From contig JAYWIR010000001.1 in NCBI GenBank assembly GCA_036172245.1, positions 12,090,001-12,154,000 on the forward strand: a DNA stretch of 64,000 bases. The letters are read 5' to 3'. The notes under the pieces were generated by a model. That model was not told the origin of the DNA and searched no databases. It saw nothing but the letters and a program-made list of their open reading frames with translations. A program made the position numbers and the translations under genes. This document shows positions 23,401 through 36,900 of the stretch, piece after piece. Position 1 is the first letter of the stretch, and each line of letters begins with the position of its first letter. Source of the DNA: Raillietiella orientalis (lineage: Eukaryota).

Positions 23401-24750
23401 GTACAGTGCGACAAGATTCCCTCCGAACAGTTTCGTGGCTACGTCCCTCGCAACACGGGCATCTCGCGTGCTGCCAGGGCCAACTCCTTCCTCTTTGCGT
23501 CCGATAGGGAAACTCACCGGGCAACGGCCAACCGGATGCGGTTCTCCGCAGCACCAAGGCTGGCGCCTGGCTCTCACACAAGGACGCTTGCGCAACCGAG
23601 AGGGGAAAGTTCGCGGCACGTGCACGAAACCCAACGACGCGTTCTCTGGGAGCCGATGGGAATGCTTTCCGTCATGCACCTCCTGGAGATCAGCTTGTGC
23701 GGTTTCCTAAGAAGTGTTGAAAATGCAGTTTCCGCAGCCTTCTCGGTTGCTGCTCCGCAGCTGCTGGGCGGGCCTGGTAACGAAGGAAACATCGCCAGCG
23801 GCTGGAAAGAGTGCTGTCCTGGAAGCGATGGTGGATACCGAAAGTCCAAGGAAGGGTCTTTCGAGGAGGCATGTGCGTTGCTGACAGCGCTAGCACTCGG
23901 CAAAGCAGAAAAGGTACGCGCGTGCCGAAAAACGTCGCGGTCTTGTCATCAAAAGGCTCCAGAAAAAAAAAAAAAAAAAAAAAGCCTGCGTCGGAGGCCT
24001 TGTGGTATAGGCTTCCACGTGTGGCACCATGCGTCGCGGGTTCGAATACTTCGGCAGAAACTCTGACGCCACTGCGTCGTTGGGTTGTGAGTTTTTCCTA
24101 AAGATGGCGCTGTTGGCCAAGACATTCGAGCGTAGCACCGGCGGTGGATTAAGCCGGGAGGCCCCAGATGAAGGCCGGAACAATGGGAGTCGACCTTCGG
24201 GTCCTCCCAGGAATCAAGGAGTGGGGAGTTCCCCCTCCTGTCGTGCAACGGAGAGCGGACCCCTTCCACCGGGGCACCACTCCGGTTTCAAGATGGAGCA
24301 GAAGCCCTCACGGGCACCTCTCCAGTTGTTCAAAGGAGCGGACCTTCCCCGTTGCGGGGGGGACCCTCCGAGTCGTCGCCTCTTCACAGAGTGCGAGGAA
24401 GCAAGCGAGAGGGATTCCCTGCGGGAAGCTGCAGCGCTCCTTCTGAGTTTCGCAAGTGTCCCTTCGGGGTTCTCTTCAGAGGATTGAACAGGAGCTGTTC
24501 CTTCCGGAGAAGAAATTCCGACTAGCGGATCCTTTCCGGGTTCCCTTCGGAGGAGTTGAAATGAAGAGGACCACCCCCATCACGGGGGGTGTCCCTCCGA
24601 AAAGAATGAGGACGGAGATTCCCTCCGAGGTTCTCCTTCGGAGACAACCAGGGTGGGAGGTGCGATCCCCCCTGTCCGGGGGGATCCCTCCCCAAGCGTG
24701 AGAGGAACGGACTCCGAGCCCTTCCTGGATTCATAGGGTGGGCCCCTATT
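20500..24750 (-). mobile_element. Decayed L1/Tx1-like element (EN, RT, C-terminal traces)
   Basis: Degenerate motifs in ORF2 order: EN-like THMP and GDV at 23700-24130, LSVDT..HQLFPG near 22600, SLLLQLF..CLFCHHL near 22300. Confidence 0.45.
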
Positions 24751-25099
24751 CCGGAGTGCCCCCTATCCTGAAGAATTACACTGAAGAATTACATATCCCC
24801 CCTGAGGGTTGCCGCGGGCGGAGAGGCGTGGAAACAAAACAGTGTGCTAATGTTTAAAAAGAGCCACGTGCGCCGCGAGGCACGCGACCGGCTCTGAGGT
24901 ACTTAGCGAACCAAAAAAAAGGAAAACTCTTAAAAAAAAAAAAAGCTGGAAGGACAACAGCGAAGACAGAAGAAAAAGAAGAACCCAAGGATTTCCATCG
25001 TCCTAGGCCAATAGTAACGATCTCCTTGTGGGGGTCACTACTGGTTAATTTTTTTTTTTAAAAAAAAAAAGGCGCCAGACCTGCACGTCGTTCTTCGCG

Positions 25100-26700
25100 G
25101 TTCGATTGTCGGTGGACGGCCGGGTGGCAGCATCGCGAGAAGACCGAAGATGCGAGGCACTCTGTTGGTTCAGCAGCCTACCGGGTGGGCCGACGCGAGC
25201 GCTACTCGGCTGTTGAGGAGTGGAGAGCGGGAGGCGGCTCAGGTCAGCCTGGCGGAGAAATCCCGAGTCGGCTGAGGGGACGCTTGGCTCGACTGTAAAT
25301 GGGTGGACGGAAGTTTCTCTAAGTGGAGCCTGAGTCGAGTCTCGCGTCCTCTTGAGAGACAGTGCGTGGCCGACAATGTGGTGGAACCTGTGGCTGCGGT
25401 TGTGTTAAAGGTAAGGCGATGAATGCATTTGCGAGTGCGGAGGCCTCGTGAGGTGGTGGGACGACGCGGCACCGCGGAGAGCGAGATAGCGGCGCGAAAA
25501 GTGTCGCCACAGTTCCAAGTGCAACTGCTGGGGTCCGACACGAAGGGTGGAGCTGCTGCGTGGTCGCGCGTCGAACCGGATTTTGAGGAGTTTCTCAAGC
25601 GGTACGGGGTGCTGCGGACGGAGGGAGGCTGAAGGCCTGCCTCCGGATGGTTCGCTGCGCGATTTGTCTCCGGAAGGCAGAGTAGAGTTCAACACTGCGC
25701 GAAAGACTCATGCAGGAACGGATTGCCGATTTCTTTGCAAAGCACTTCCTCCGCCAACCGGTGTCGGAGGCGGCTTCGGAGGTCAACCACTGCCTGATGT
25801 CTGTGGGTGCGAAGGCACCCGCTGCACAACCTGCAGGAAGGGCTGCAAGCAAGCAAAACTGCTGCCTGTTTGAAGGCAATCCGCACTGAGGGTGCTTCGA
25901 GGAAACTCCCGAGCGTGAAAGATGAAAGTAGCGCGCACGTGGTTGCCGCACCCGCGCGCGTGGTTAGGAAGTGCTTGCGGCCGTAGCGCGTCGGATGATC
26001 TCAGAGAGTCTTCGTTGGTCGCTAATGAGGAACATGAGGAGCAGAACGGCATGCTGTAACGATGCCCCGTGGGGTCAATGCGTTTCCCGGTGTCCGTGTC
26101 TGACTCCAATTGGAGGCAGACTGTTCAAGGGCCTCGAGGCGTTTTTTGCATTTTCCGTGCGTACGTCATCAGTCATGGATTGCATTGCGTTGGTACGGCT
26201 GCTGTGGCGTCTAGCGGCGCGTGAGGCACGAACCTGTCGTCCTACGAACGCTTTCGGGAAGGCCAGTTGTCTTGCACGGGCAGAGGTGCAAGGCTTCGCG
26301 ATCGACCCGTAGGTTGGACGCTGCGTTTTGCTCGAGCAGTGCGTTGCGGGATGGGGACGGCTGGCCGTGCGGAGCATGCATCGAGAAGGCGGGGTCGGAG
26401 AGGGTGTGGACGCGAAGCGATTCCTTTGCGCCCCACCTCTGTCGACTCTCGCGTTCGAAGGCGCTCCTAATAAGACGGTGTTCCCTAGGATGCGCAGTTG
26501 CCGCAGTCCGTCGTGGCAGGGTGACAGCGGTGCTGCCTTGCTTACCGTGTCTCTTTTTAGGGCGCCTCCGCCCTCCTTGTTGGGTGTATGCTGGTGGGTT
26601 GACGTTCGAGGGGTGGGCGCTGCCTCTATTTGACAAGATGAGAATGTGTCCTCGGTCTCTCGGGATCTTATTCGTTCTATGGAAGCATTGCAGCCGAAGC
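25100..26700 (+). mobile_element. Decayed L1/Tx1-type ORF1 (gag-like) remnant
   Basis: FEEFLKRYGVL followed by GGQP..VCGCEGTRCTTC, the GQP-CxxC knuckle arrangement of this clade. Confidence 0.5.
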
Positions 26701-26749
26701 TTTGAAATCCTGTAATTCTACCAATTTCCTACTCAACATTCCATCACCT

Positions 26750-28700
26750 GGACCGAGTTCCTCGTATGCTTGTTCGCTATTTCATGGTGATTAAGCAAAC
26801 GCAGAATCGCTAGTTTACGGAAGTGGATGTCCGTCGCATAAAATGCTGCATTAAAGATAGCCACTTCGATAGTTCGTTGGTTTTCTTGAGGTGTGGGATG
26901 CATACTGGACGGAGGAGTCACCCTTGGAGATATGAGACGTAGCTTATCTGGAAGCTTTCTCATATGATGCTGTGAGAAATCGGAAGTTTTCCAGCCTTCC
27001 CTGGTGATCTGTAGAAATCTTCTTTATCTCCTATATCATGAAGACTCTTTTTCTGAGAAGGAGTCAAGGTGGTTGTCGATTGGATTGCGTTAAATTTTGA
27101 CCCACCGTCAGCGGTGAGAATGCGGAACCAGCCGAAAGCGAAGGAGGTTTTCCCTTCGGCGGCCTTCTTTGACGTCCTTGTAGAATTCCAGAACTTGCAG
27201 CATCTTTCGGCGGAAGATTGGAATCGAACTGAGAAATGAGACCCAAGGAAGTGGCGTGTTTGTTGATGGTGCCGCAGATATGGCCATCATCCCCTGTGCC
27301 CCTGCGACTGTGAGGATGCAGCACGTGGACATGTTATGCCCTAGCTGATGGGTCAGAGAGGTCACAGAATGCGGGTCGTATCTTTCAAAACACAAATGCA
27401 GCACTTTCATCCATCGCGATATTTCTGCTTCGCAGTAGGTCTTGGATGCTGAGCGCGTCGCTGCAGCGCCTTAGGGTCCTCGTTGCGGATGGAGTCCACG
27501 CACTGGCCGCTGGGGAATCCAAATGCGTCCGGAAAGTACATGTTACGGAACAGGGATGCTGTGCTCTCGATGAACCCCAGAAAGCGGTCGCCCGACCACG
27601 GAGGCAGCTGAGGGCGTGCTACAAGAAGCCGAGAAGCACGACAGCGAGGCGAGCGCTATCGCAGAATTGGTTGGCGCAGCTGGAAAAGCGGCGGCGGAGG
27701 TGTGGCGCCGTCTGCGATGTGCTGCCTCTCTGCGTCCCTCGCGCGTGAATGCGAGTAATCTTTCTGTCGGGAAGAACGCTCGCGCATCGGCGTGCGCTGT
27801 CGTCGCTTGGGGGGAAGTGGGCATGTGGGGTTAATGTCGGGCCACCCCCGACTGGAAACCTCGCTCCTCGTGGGGTGCGAGAACGCTTGCAATAAGGAGC
27901 GTAGGAGGCCGTCAGCACCCGGTGGCAATGCGTAACGGTACCCATCCGTCGACGGAATGAATGACGGAAGGTAACGGAGTGGCTACCGTGAGCTGGTCGG
28001 GTCTGGTTTCCGTAGCTTTCCTAACGCGCGGTCCTCTCGACAGGCCTGGAGAAGCTGTAGACGTATGCGGCGGTTGAATGGAAGCCCACAGGGCGATCGT
28101 AGGCGCGGAGGTGGGCAGCGCCTTCCCTGCAGACGGCACAGGGTCATAGTCGAGTCCTCCCGGGGAAGATGTCGTTCCGATGAGCTCGCCTGCCGGACTG
28201 TGTTCCGCCGAAGAGGCCCAGAAGCCGCAGGGCAACCTGAAGACGTTCGGGGTGGTGCGCTGTCGGGAACCCATGTGCTCCGCGCTGACTGGCAGCCTAC
28301 GCGACGTAGGGAGTCATTCTTCCTGACCACGTGCGCAGAGACGAGGTCCCTCTTAACGTGGCCGGGATCACGCCTCCCGCTTGCTGGTCGTCGTGGAGGT
28401 GGGTCGGGGTGAACTTCCGCAGTTCGAGGCGAAGCGACGGGTTCATGTGGATCTTCCATAGAAGCGAGAGGTTGGTGGGGATGCTGTGGATCGGCATTGC
28501 CGTGCGTTCCTCAGCATCTCGGTAAGGCGATCTCTACGCGGTGTCCGCCAGCCCAGCGGCACCGTAGCGGACGACTCTAGGACGGCGGTTTCTGTCGGAG
28601 GTTGAGGTCGCTTGCGAAGCGAGCGCCGACCTCTGGAGTGCAGCGAGAACATTTTTTGGGCGTCCCTATACTATCCTTCGCTTTACTGAATCGCGTCGAT
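26750..28700 (-). mobile_element. Decayed RTE-like RT remnant
   Basis: Weak collinear echoes of RT motifs and a C-terminal FRKL... region; many stops and frameshifts. Confidence 0.35.
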
Positions 28701-29199
28701 GGTGCGAATCGCCTATGCTCTCGGGGTCCGGTTTTTTCGGAGCTGCCGGCTGCGCATCAGCCTGGTCGTTAGGAGCTCCCCTGTTCGGCGACACGGTGGT
28801 CAATGCTGTGCAAATTGCGCTGCTTCAAATAAGCCACCGTTGTGGTCTTCAGATGCACAACGGTAGATGACCCCATGGCGTGTTGCTAATCCACGGAGAG
28901 GCGCGTACCAAGCTGCGAAGGTCGCTGCTAGACTCCCTGCTGGAAAGGTCTCCAGGAGTCTACTCTATTGCTTATGGATGTAGGGGGTTGCAACTTTGCT
29001 GGAGGAGGAACTGCAAAGCAAACGAGACTACGAGGCGGGTCATGCAGAGGGCATGTGTTCCATGGTCATGCGGAGGGTCCCGTGATTTTAGCGGACCTTG
29101 TCATGAAGAGCTCCTTTAGTTCAGCTATTGTCCCGAGACCAAAGTTGAACTCGCTTGAGCTGGAAAAGCTGACTCTGTTCTTTTGTGGTCGGTGGTTTG

Positions 29200-32100
29200 C
29201 GATTTTATCGAGGAGCCGCGCCGAGATCGATTAATCCTCCGGTCCCCAGCAGTGCGCTGATGCAGCATGCGGCCCGCGCGCGTCCATGACGTGCAACGCT
29301 GTTGCGCGCTTACTGGCGCTTCACCCACTCCAGGCTCTGCTGACGAGAGGGGAGCACGAGGCTTGGCACCGCGTTGCTCATAGCAGAGGGTACTCTTCAC
29401 GGAGTGTGAATATTTCCGTTCGGAAGAGATTTTCATGATCTGCTTCCTCCCAGAAGGTCTTGTATATCTGTAATCGCGTCTGCGGATTTAATTGGAATCT
29501 GGGCGGCTTCAGGAATCCGATTTGGGTGCTTTGGCGGCAGCGGGTCGTTGCAGGTCATGGAAACCGAGTGGGCTCTGGAACCTCATAACGCCCTTGGAGC
29601 GCGTGTGGGGCATCAGCGTTTCCTGTTTTGCTGTTGACCTCTTCTCGTGTACCAGTTGCGCATAGAATGCGGCCAAGAGGTTCGTCGGGTCGCACTGCTT
29701 CTGTGATGTGTGGAGATCTCCCAAGGTGGCAGCATCGGGGAACCTCACGACTTCTCCTCACACTTCGGAGAAGGGAAGCTGTGCTGGATGTCTGTTCTGG
29801 AGCCTGCTAAGACTTTGAAAGTGGCTTCTTCTTTTCGTTGAGGGGGCTGACTGTTACGATTGCTTATCTGCGCCTCGACCGTGGCTTCTTCATGAATTTT
29901 GGGCCTCCTTCCAAAACACTGAGGGCATCCATGTTTCTTCTTGGCGGAACAAGCCGTTGGGAGTTTAGGGGACACATATTCGAAGATCATTTCCTCTCTT
30001 GTTTCTGGCTGTCCAGATGGTCACGCAAGGGACAAATCAAATTGCGGGCTCTGCTGGACCCTGTGGCCCACCGCGAACATTGGAGGTCGTTAGACATAAA
30101 GAAGTGCAACGCCGCACTTGGTGGTTGTGACCGTCCCTGCGTCCCATGCGTTTTGGTAGATGTAGAACGCATCTGTTGCTAAAGAGGTAGTCCTGTTCTG
30201 TTTTGTTCTTTGGTGGGAAGTTTTTCCATCGGTTCTTTCTCTTGTTCTCGGATGACATGTCAGCGATGATGACACTTGCGCAAAACGCTTTGCTCAGTTG
30301 TGAAAGTGGTGACTCCAGCGAGCGAGGTTCGTCATCCTGCATCTGGTGAAGTATCATGGAGCGCGTCTTTGAAGAGAGGAAGGATGTTCTCTAGCAATCG
30401 TAGTCCGAGAAGGTGAGCGCGATCGCCTTTCAGGTCTGCCAGTCTGTTGAAGAGCGGATGCCCTTGCGTCCTGCTACCTGATGTCCGTCCAGGCAGCCGC
30501 GGGAGCGCAGAGCATGTTTTCAAGATCGCCCTAGATTTGGCGTTGTGCTTGAGGCTTTCATCAGCATTGCTACCATCTCCGCTATGGAGAATCTTGCCTT
30601 CTTCCCTGTTGGAAAACGTCGCAATTTACAACTCCTGTAGGACATGGCATCCGCACCTCGCGGATTGCGAGCGAGCTTAAGGACGGCTGGAATGTCTTCT
30701 CGGCAAGCTGATTGGTGCGATCTCTTTTGGATCCTCCGTTAAGAGCGCGCGGCGTTCTCCTGATCTGGTAAGTCGGAGTAGTGATCTGCCTCTGTGCTGT
30801 GCTGGATGCATCTGCAGAAGGTTGGCGGTGAACACCTCCGCACTGCTTCTGTGTTGAGAGCAAAGGTGTGCAATGCGATCGCGGTGTTCGTCTGGCACCC
30901 TGCGCTTTTGCATCCAGCGGAGTGACCCCGACTGCAGACATCTCTTTTGTCTCTACTTGGCTTGCCCTTCTCTATCCAGATGGGACCGCACACTCGGACG
31001 TGTGCTTCCAGCTATTGGCGACGACTGAAGTAGTTCTGGAGAGTGCAGAGAGACTGGTTTGGCAACAGCAATGGCTAGGGGTGACCACCACGGTGAATTG
31101 TCGGCCAGCGACATTTTGCTCTATGACATTTGGAGTGTCTTTGAACACTCGGTGTGGAAATTCGTTTTTCCTTGAAGTGGGTTTGGGCGAATCATGGAAA
31201 GTGGACCCTGGAGTCTGGCGTGGACTCGGCAGGGAACGCGGTTGAAGAAGCAATAGATGCAACTGGAGAGAGACTTCCACCGTGGTAGGAGCCCTCCGCC
31301 AACAGGGTGGCAACAGTGCGCATTTGAGAAGAGATTTGCCAGTTTTTTCCTCCTTGACTGCCTCCGCATCCATGTGTCACAGATTTGCGTGCTGCGAGAG
31401 TGTGAAGCGTGCTGGTCTCTCGAAAAGGAGGAGATGGTGGCTTCTTGATTATCCTGGCCTCTACGGCCTTGAGTTTCCTGCCTGCTGTGGACAAGCGTGA
31501 TGGATGCAGGTTGGCATCCCTGTCGTGACTGCGTGCATGGACTTCCTCTCCGTTTGATTCTAATTCCATAGAAATCTGCCCTGCTTTTAAAAGACTGCAG
31601 CATCTTCCGTGCACTGGCCTTACTGGAGCTCAATATAGAAGACTGCCGCTCGTTTTCATCATGTATTCCCGCGCGAACGGAAGGGTCAGTGTTCTGGCAC
31701 CTCTGCAGCGGGATTCTGGCAGTCAGTCCAGTAATCGCTCGATTGGGGCGCATCCTCAGCAGCTTTCGCGTTTCGGGCATGTCTTTCGGGAGCAGTTTGG
31801 TTTGTGGGTGCTTCCGTATGCAACGAGTTAGGTTTTCCTGAAGAAAGGATCTTTTCTTCAGAAGTGTTTCGCAGCTATACTGCTGTCAATGTTTGTGCAG
31901 TATATCGGATATAAGTTGAGTATTTCCGCATATGTGCCCGTCTTTATCGAATTCGTCTACGATGTTTTTCATGGTGTGTCCGGATTGTTCCCATGAGCAT
32001 CAATCCCTGGTGAAGAATGCTGCGCTGAAGATACTTTTCCATCAAGATCTCTGGTCACGTTTTTCTATTATGTTCTTTACCGTTTCCTCTTGTTCGCTCA

Positions 32101-32700
32101 GTCTACATTAAGTAATTCTTTGAGAGGCTGATTCCTCTCTCTGCGGAGATTGATCGCCTGACTCGTTTGTGGTGGCCTTCGCTTTATCGCATCCCTCAAC
32201 TTTCGTGCAAACTTTCATCCCTTAAGAATCTTCAAGGTCTCAACCTGCTTGTGGCTTTTTTCTCAGGCGGGTGAGAAAGATTAACACAATAGTGCTGCCG
32301 AGTTTCAGGGTTCCTCGTCTGACCGTTCCTTGAAAGGTGGTGTTCCGCTCCTTGAGCGGTTCATTCTCAATGCATCAGTGTTCCTTTTGTAGGTTCTTCT
32401 GGTGGAGGAAGAAAGTGCGTTTACCCTGCCCGAACTCAATGTAGCCGTGGCCTGGATCCTGGTACTGGTCGATTTGGATATTGTCAGGTTTTTTATTCGC
32501 CTGCGGCTTCGTATTTCACTCGAGTGTTGGCAGTATATCTTGCTGATGAAACGATAGCGCTTTCAATGATTCCCGAAAACTGCAGGGAGCTGTCCACGGG
32601 AAATTGCTCTTAGAACTCTCGGACTGAGCGTTTGCGCCTATCCCAGTCCTTGAGAAGCTGCATGTCAAGGCGGACTCGTAGGAATCCGCTGTGGTGCTCC
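29200..32700 (-). mobile_element. Decayed RTE-like element (EN to RT)
   Basis: FKSRADFYGIRIK (31121-31780), GHPLFNRL...LLENI (30332-30523), IFEYV (29745-29990) in single-ORF RTE order. Confidence 0.45.
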
Positions 32701-32899
32701 ATTGCTACATCGGAGTGCAACAAGCTTTTTTTTGATCTCTCCTGCTGCCAACCAGGCCCTTCGAGCCCCCGGCCCTCGACTATTTTTTTTTTTTCTTCCG
32801 AGGTAGTGTGTCTCCATACGATTTCACCGGGTGAAACAAGCAGGAGTCGGTGGGACTATGCGCCCAGCCTAGTCCTAACGTCACGAAGGAGTTAAGGTA

Positions 32900-34350
32900 T
32901 TATCGTTGACCTGGTACACGTAATCGTTCACCTGCTGCTCGTGAGGCAGTAAATTTTGCCACCATCATGGGCACTGGCTCCTAAGAGAGTACTCAGCTGA
33001 CCACTACAAACCCTTTCGTAGGGTTCGAATTTGCTTTCCCTCCACAGCGGGTGCACGAAGGCCAAATTCCTCGAAATGCAGGGTGACCCAGGTAAGACCT
33101 GTAGTTACCCTGGAGGAGAAAACAAACTTCTCGCCACAGTGCATCATCCCTGGGTGGTCCGAAGCGTAAGCATTCATTCCACTTGCTGGAGGACTTTGAC
33201 TATTCACTGCTACCATGGGCATCAGGGGCAGGAGGCATCTTCCCCACATCTTGACGCATCTTCTCTCCGAGCTCCCACGCAGCACTACGAAGCAGTGGTT
33301 TGTCTTTAGCCAGAGTGCAGGCTTGCAGCCAAGAGCTGCCCACTCCCTCAGCATCGGACTACCGGGTGCTCCTCCATGTGCTGCCGTAGCGGCAGCAACG
33401 TCTGTGAAACTGTCTGTCCGGTAGCGGGGCGGATGCCGGCTGCTGTCTGCGGGTCATGAAAAAGACTCCTACGGCAGAGAAGGCGCGTGGAGAGATGGGT
33501 GTGGTCTCCAGTTCAGTGCGCTCTCCCGTAATCGATCAATGCGGAGCTGCGGTCGTTGCCGGAGCATCGGATGAGGTTCCAACCGACCTCAGCAGAAGGA
33601 AGTGCCGGAGAAAGTAAAACTTACGTGGCGCGCCACTCTGCAAGGAATGAGTGAGAGGTCTGCGTACAAAGTGTGGGCGGCATTGGTGACTGCCACCGTT
33701 GCAAGTATAGAACGAGCCTTGCGCTTCCTCCGGAGGTGAAGAAAGAAGTCCTTGTATTCAAGGAATCTGCAGCGCGCATCACGGGAAAAGATGGAGTGAT
33801 CTCGTTTCCTACTCTCTTCTTGCTGCCGCTCGTCGGACGGAGCAGGGAACACGCCGCCATCTTCCCGGAGGTAATACGAGGAATTGCTTCCTCTAGTCGT
33901 TTCAGTGCGGTCTGTGAAGATGCCTACGACAAAGAGAAGAGGCTACCTGCAGCTTGTACGCCGTGTTCATGAGACCTCCTGATGCTACAGGGTGATTCAC
34001 GACGTCTTCTCACCAAGAGATCGCTGAGATCGAGGGCAGAATGAGATCTGGGAAGCCACTGGGGTACACTGCTCCTCGCCGAGCCGAGGTTGGAGGAAGG
34101 AGTGCGCGGCGTTGTCTTTGACGAGGACGTAAGAGTGAGCCAACTTTACCATCGAAGGGACCGTTCGACCTTGGTAATCACGCATGATCACAAGCTCGAT
34201 GATGCTTCGAGATACATTGAGGGAACATAGTTTTAGCGGAGATCCTCAAGAGGCAGTGGTTTACGGGACTTCGGCTCCAAAGTGAATCGCCCCCTTAACA
34301 GAATCTTCCACGTCCACCTGCTGTCGGTCGGGAGCAGTCTTCTGTCCCAC
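32900..34350 (+). mobile_element. LTR-retrotransposon integrase remnant, possibly BEL/Pao
   Basis: HCYHGHQG, VGGIG...CKYRTSL and a downstream GVRGVV segment resemble BEL integrase and its C-terminal extension; heavily decayed. Confidence 0.35.
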
Positions 34351-34627
34351 TTCGTCTCAGATCACTGAGGCGCAAAAATAAGTTAGGGACACGCTAGTTC
34401 CCGACCTTAGAAATTCAGAAAGAAGGTCCATTGACAAGCAGGTTGGGATAATTTCGCAACGGAGGGTCAACCGACAACCGTTGGAAATACAGGAAGGAGT
34501 GAACAACGGTCTTTGGTGTCGTTCCTTCTTGAGCGAAGAAAAAAATTGAGAATGTCCGGAGCGAAAGGAAAGGAATGATGAAAAAACAAAATTAATAAAG
34601 AAAGGAACGGCTGACATCAGTGCTCTC

Positions 34628-35130
34628 TGTCACGGGTGTCGACCTTTCCTTTTCATTACCGGAGGTGGATTTCTGCCCCCTTTTCCTCTTACAAGAGAGG
34701 TCACTCGCTATAGTCCTCATGTAGGCGGCTGCCATGAAGATGGAATCCTACCGCTGTTATTGAGTCTGGAAAACGTGGATTTGCACCCGGTGACGCCGAT
34801 ACCTTTATTTTACGATAATGAAATGCATGCAAAATGGTAAAGTAACCGTCGGGAGATTTCCTTAAAGTCCAAAGCAAGTTCAGTAGGGGGGTTCACCGAT
34901 ACGCCCAACCGGTTTCCTGAAGGTCCGGAGCGGGGTAATAGGGGCCAAAAAGAAAAATAACTTGGAGGCCAGGGTCAGAGCCTTTAACTTTTAATGCTCC
35001 TTCATAAAGCACCGGGAAGAGTCCAGAGCAAGCGGGAGTGGGCGATAGACAAATGTGTGAAAAGGAGAGCGGGCCGAGGGTCATCGCCAATGTCCGTTCC
35101 TTCCTCTTAGAAGCAGTGCAGGGTGTCAAC
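34628..35130. mobile_element. Possible solo LTR
   Basis: Begins TGTCACGGGTGTC, ends near GGGTGTCAAC, internal minus-strand AATAAA near 34804; no second copy or TSD seen. Confidence 0.25.
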
Positions 35131-35139
35131 GATCTCCTT

Positions 35140-35490
35140 CCTCACTTCCTCTTCTAAATGGGGCCACCTGGCAGCCGTCCTCATATAGACAGCTGCGATG
35201 CTGGCGGCCTCCCTTCACTGCGTCCTATACTCCAGCAAATGGGCCGTAACGATGACACGGACGCACCATATCGCCGCTATTACGCTGCCTGTCGCGGCTT
35301 CACTACTTGTGAAGGATCCCCGCAGCATGTCCACCGCAGTGTCTCCGTTGTGCAGGTATGCTGAGTTCAGCCTCCAGCAAAGTTCCAGGAGGGCACTGCA
35401 GTCCAAAAAGAGGTGCGGGAATGATGCTCTGCACCTCGAAGAGTTCTGCAAGACATCGATAGCCGTAACCATGCCACACGCATCACGCAA
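35140..35490 (-). mobile_element. L1/Tx1-like family C-terminal fragment
   Basis: SFPHLFLDCSALLELCWRLNSAYLHNGDTA...IWCVRVIVTA aligns with SLPHLLFECGALQELWRRLSSALLHPGQTA...ICCVRAIVRA at 42872-43369. Confidence 0.8.
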
Positions 35491-35900
35491 CATTGTACTT
35501 CTGCATTTATCTATTTATATGCATATTTATGTAGATGCTTCATATATATTTTCTTATATTATCTTTAAATACATTGATTGTAAACAATAAGCACATATAT
35601 TTACGTATCATTATTTTTATAATACATTAATCCATATATTAATCTGTATGTACTTATTATGTTAATATTTTCAATAAGTATATGCATTTATTTTTTATAA
35701 TGTTTCAAATGTACATTGATAATGCAATCAAGAACTTATTCAGAATATTAATAGAATGTATGCAAATAAATGTCTTGCAATTTATATGGTGGAATAATGT
35801 TGCTATTGAGAAAATGTAAGTAAATAAATATGAATAACTATGCATGTTATCATAAATTTGTCCATCAATCCATGTAGAATAAGCTTGCTTGCTTATTCTT
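35490..35900. other. Sharply bounded very AT-rich low-complexity island
   Basis: Runs of TATAT/ATTT with almost no CpG between GC-moderate TE fragments. Confidence 0.7.
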
Positions 35901-35929
35901 GATGATCTTTTCGGGATTTTGATTAGCAG

Positions 35930-36900
35930 CTTCTCACTGGCAGCGTACCAGTGCTTTCAGTAGCCTTCGCGAAACCTCATGCACATCTCCTGTCCCGTTT
36001 TCGTCTTCAAACAGGAGGAAAAAAACATTGCACGGTCGCTGATGGCTCGTTCGAGATGACATCATTTGGCCCTCTCTTCGAAGGGCCTGCTTACCTTGTA
36101 CTGATGCCATTCGTGTTTCTTCGAAAACAGAAACACCAACACACAAAGATCCCAAGTATGTGGATGCAGTGGGAAAACTGGTAGCAGACGCGTCGCCGTT
36201 TCCGTCCTCGATCGTGATCTTGCCCTTGTGGTTGGCAGTGCGTAGCACAGCTGCGGGTTCCGATATGCACTGCATACAGGCAATCGCCATGGCTGCTGGA
36301 GGGTACAGCGCCGACTTTGCAGGGAGTTGTATGGATGGCACGTCTCGGAGACATGATTACGAGAACAGATGACTGTCCGTGGTGGACAGTCATCTGTTCT
36401 CGTAACCAACTCCTTCGATCTAGTGTGAGTGCCACTGCTGCATTCATGAAGGAGAAGAGTTTCGTTTGAAGTGGAGCGTATGGTCGGGGTCTTTCATGCA
36501 CCCGTGCTAACCGTGAAGGGTCAACTCCTGCATTCTCTGCTGACAAGTCTCCAGGTAGTTCATGTCCATTTCCTCTAGTTGACCTGCAAAAGGTTGTCGG
36601 TTCTCCGAGGTGGTCCAGTGACACCTCAGCGCCCAAACCCACCTTACTTGAAGCTGCTCGGCATGCATCACAGGAGTGTGACACCTGCCTGAGTTCCCAG
36701 GAAGCGCTTTGCCGGCCAGTGTTTACGTGTTTGGTTACCTTCAACCAGGATCCCTCTGCGAGGAAAACAAAGTGTTGGGTTCCGGAATTGTATACAGAGT
36801 AATCAGCTGTACACTTAAGAAATCCCATCGGGTGTCGAAACAAGGGCATTGCTTTTTTCGCCCCACGCAAGCAAACCTAAGATTTGCTTTGCAGATATCT
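35930..36900 (-). mobile_element. Gypsy-type integrase remnant
   Basis: RQVSHSCDACR (HHCC finger end), EQMTVHHGQ (cf. SDNG), TANHKGKITIE (cf. YHPQxNGxIE) in order. Confidence 0.45.
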
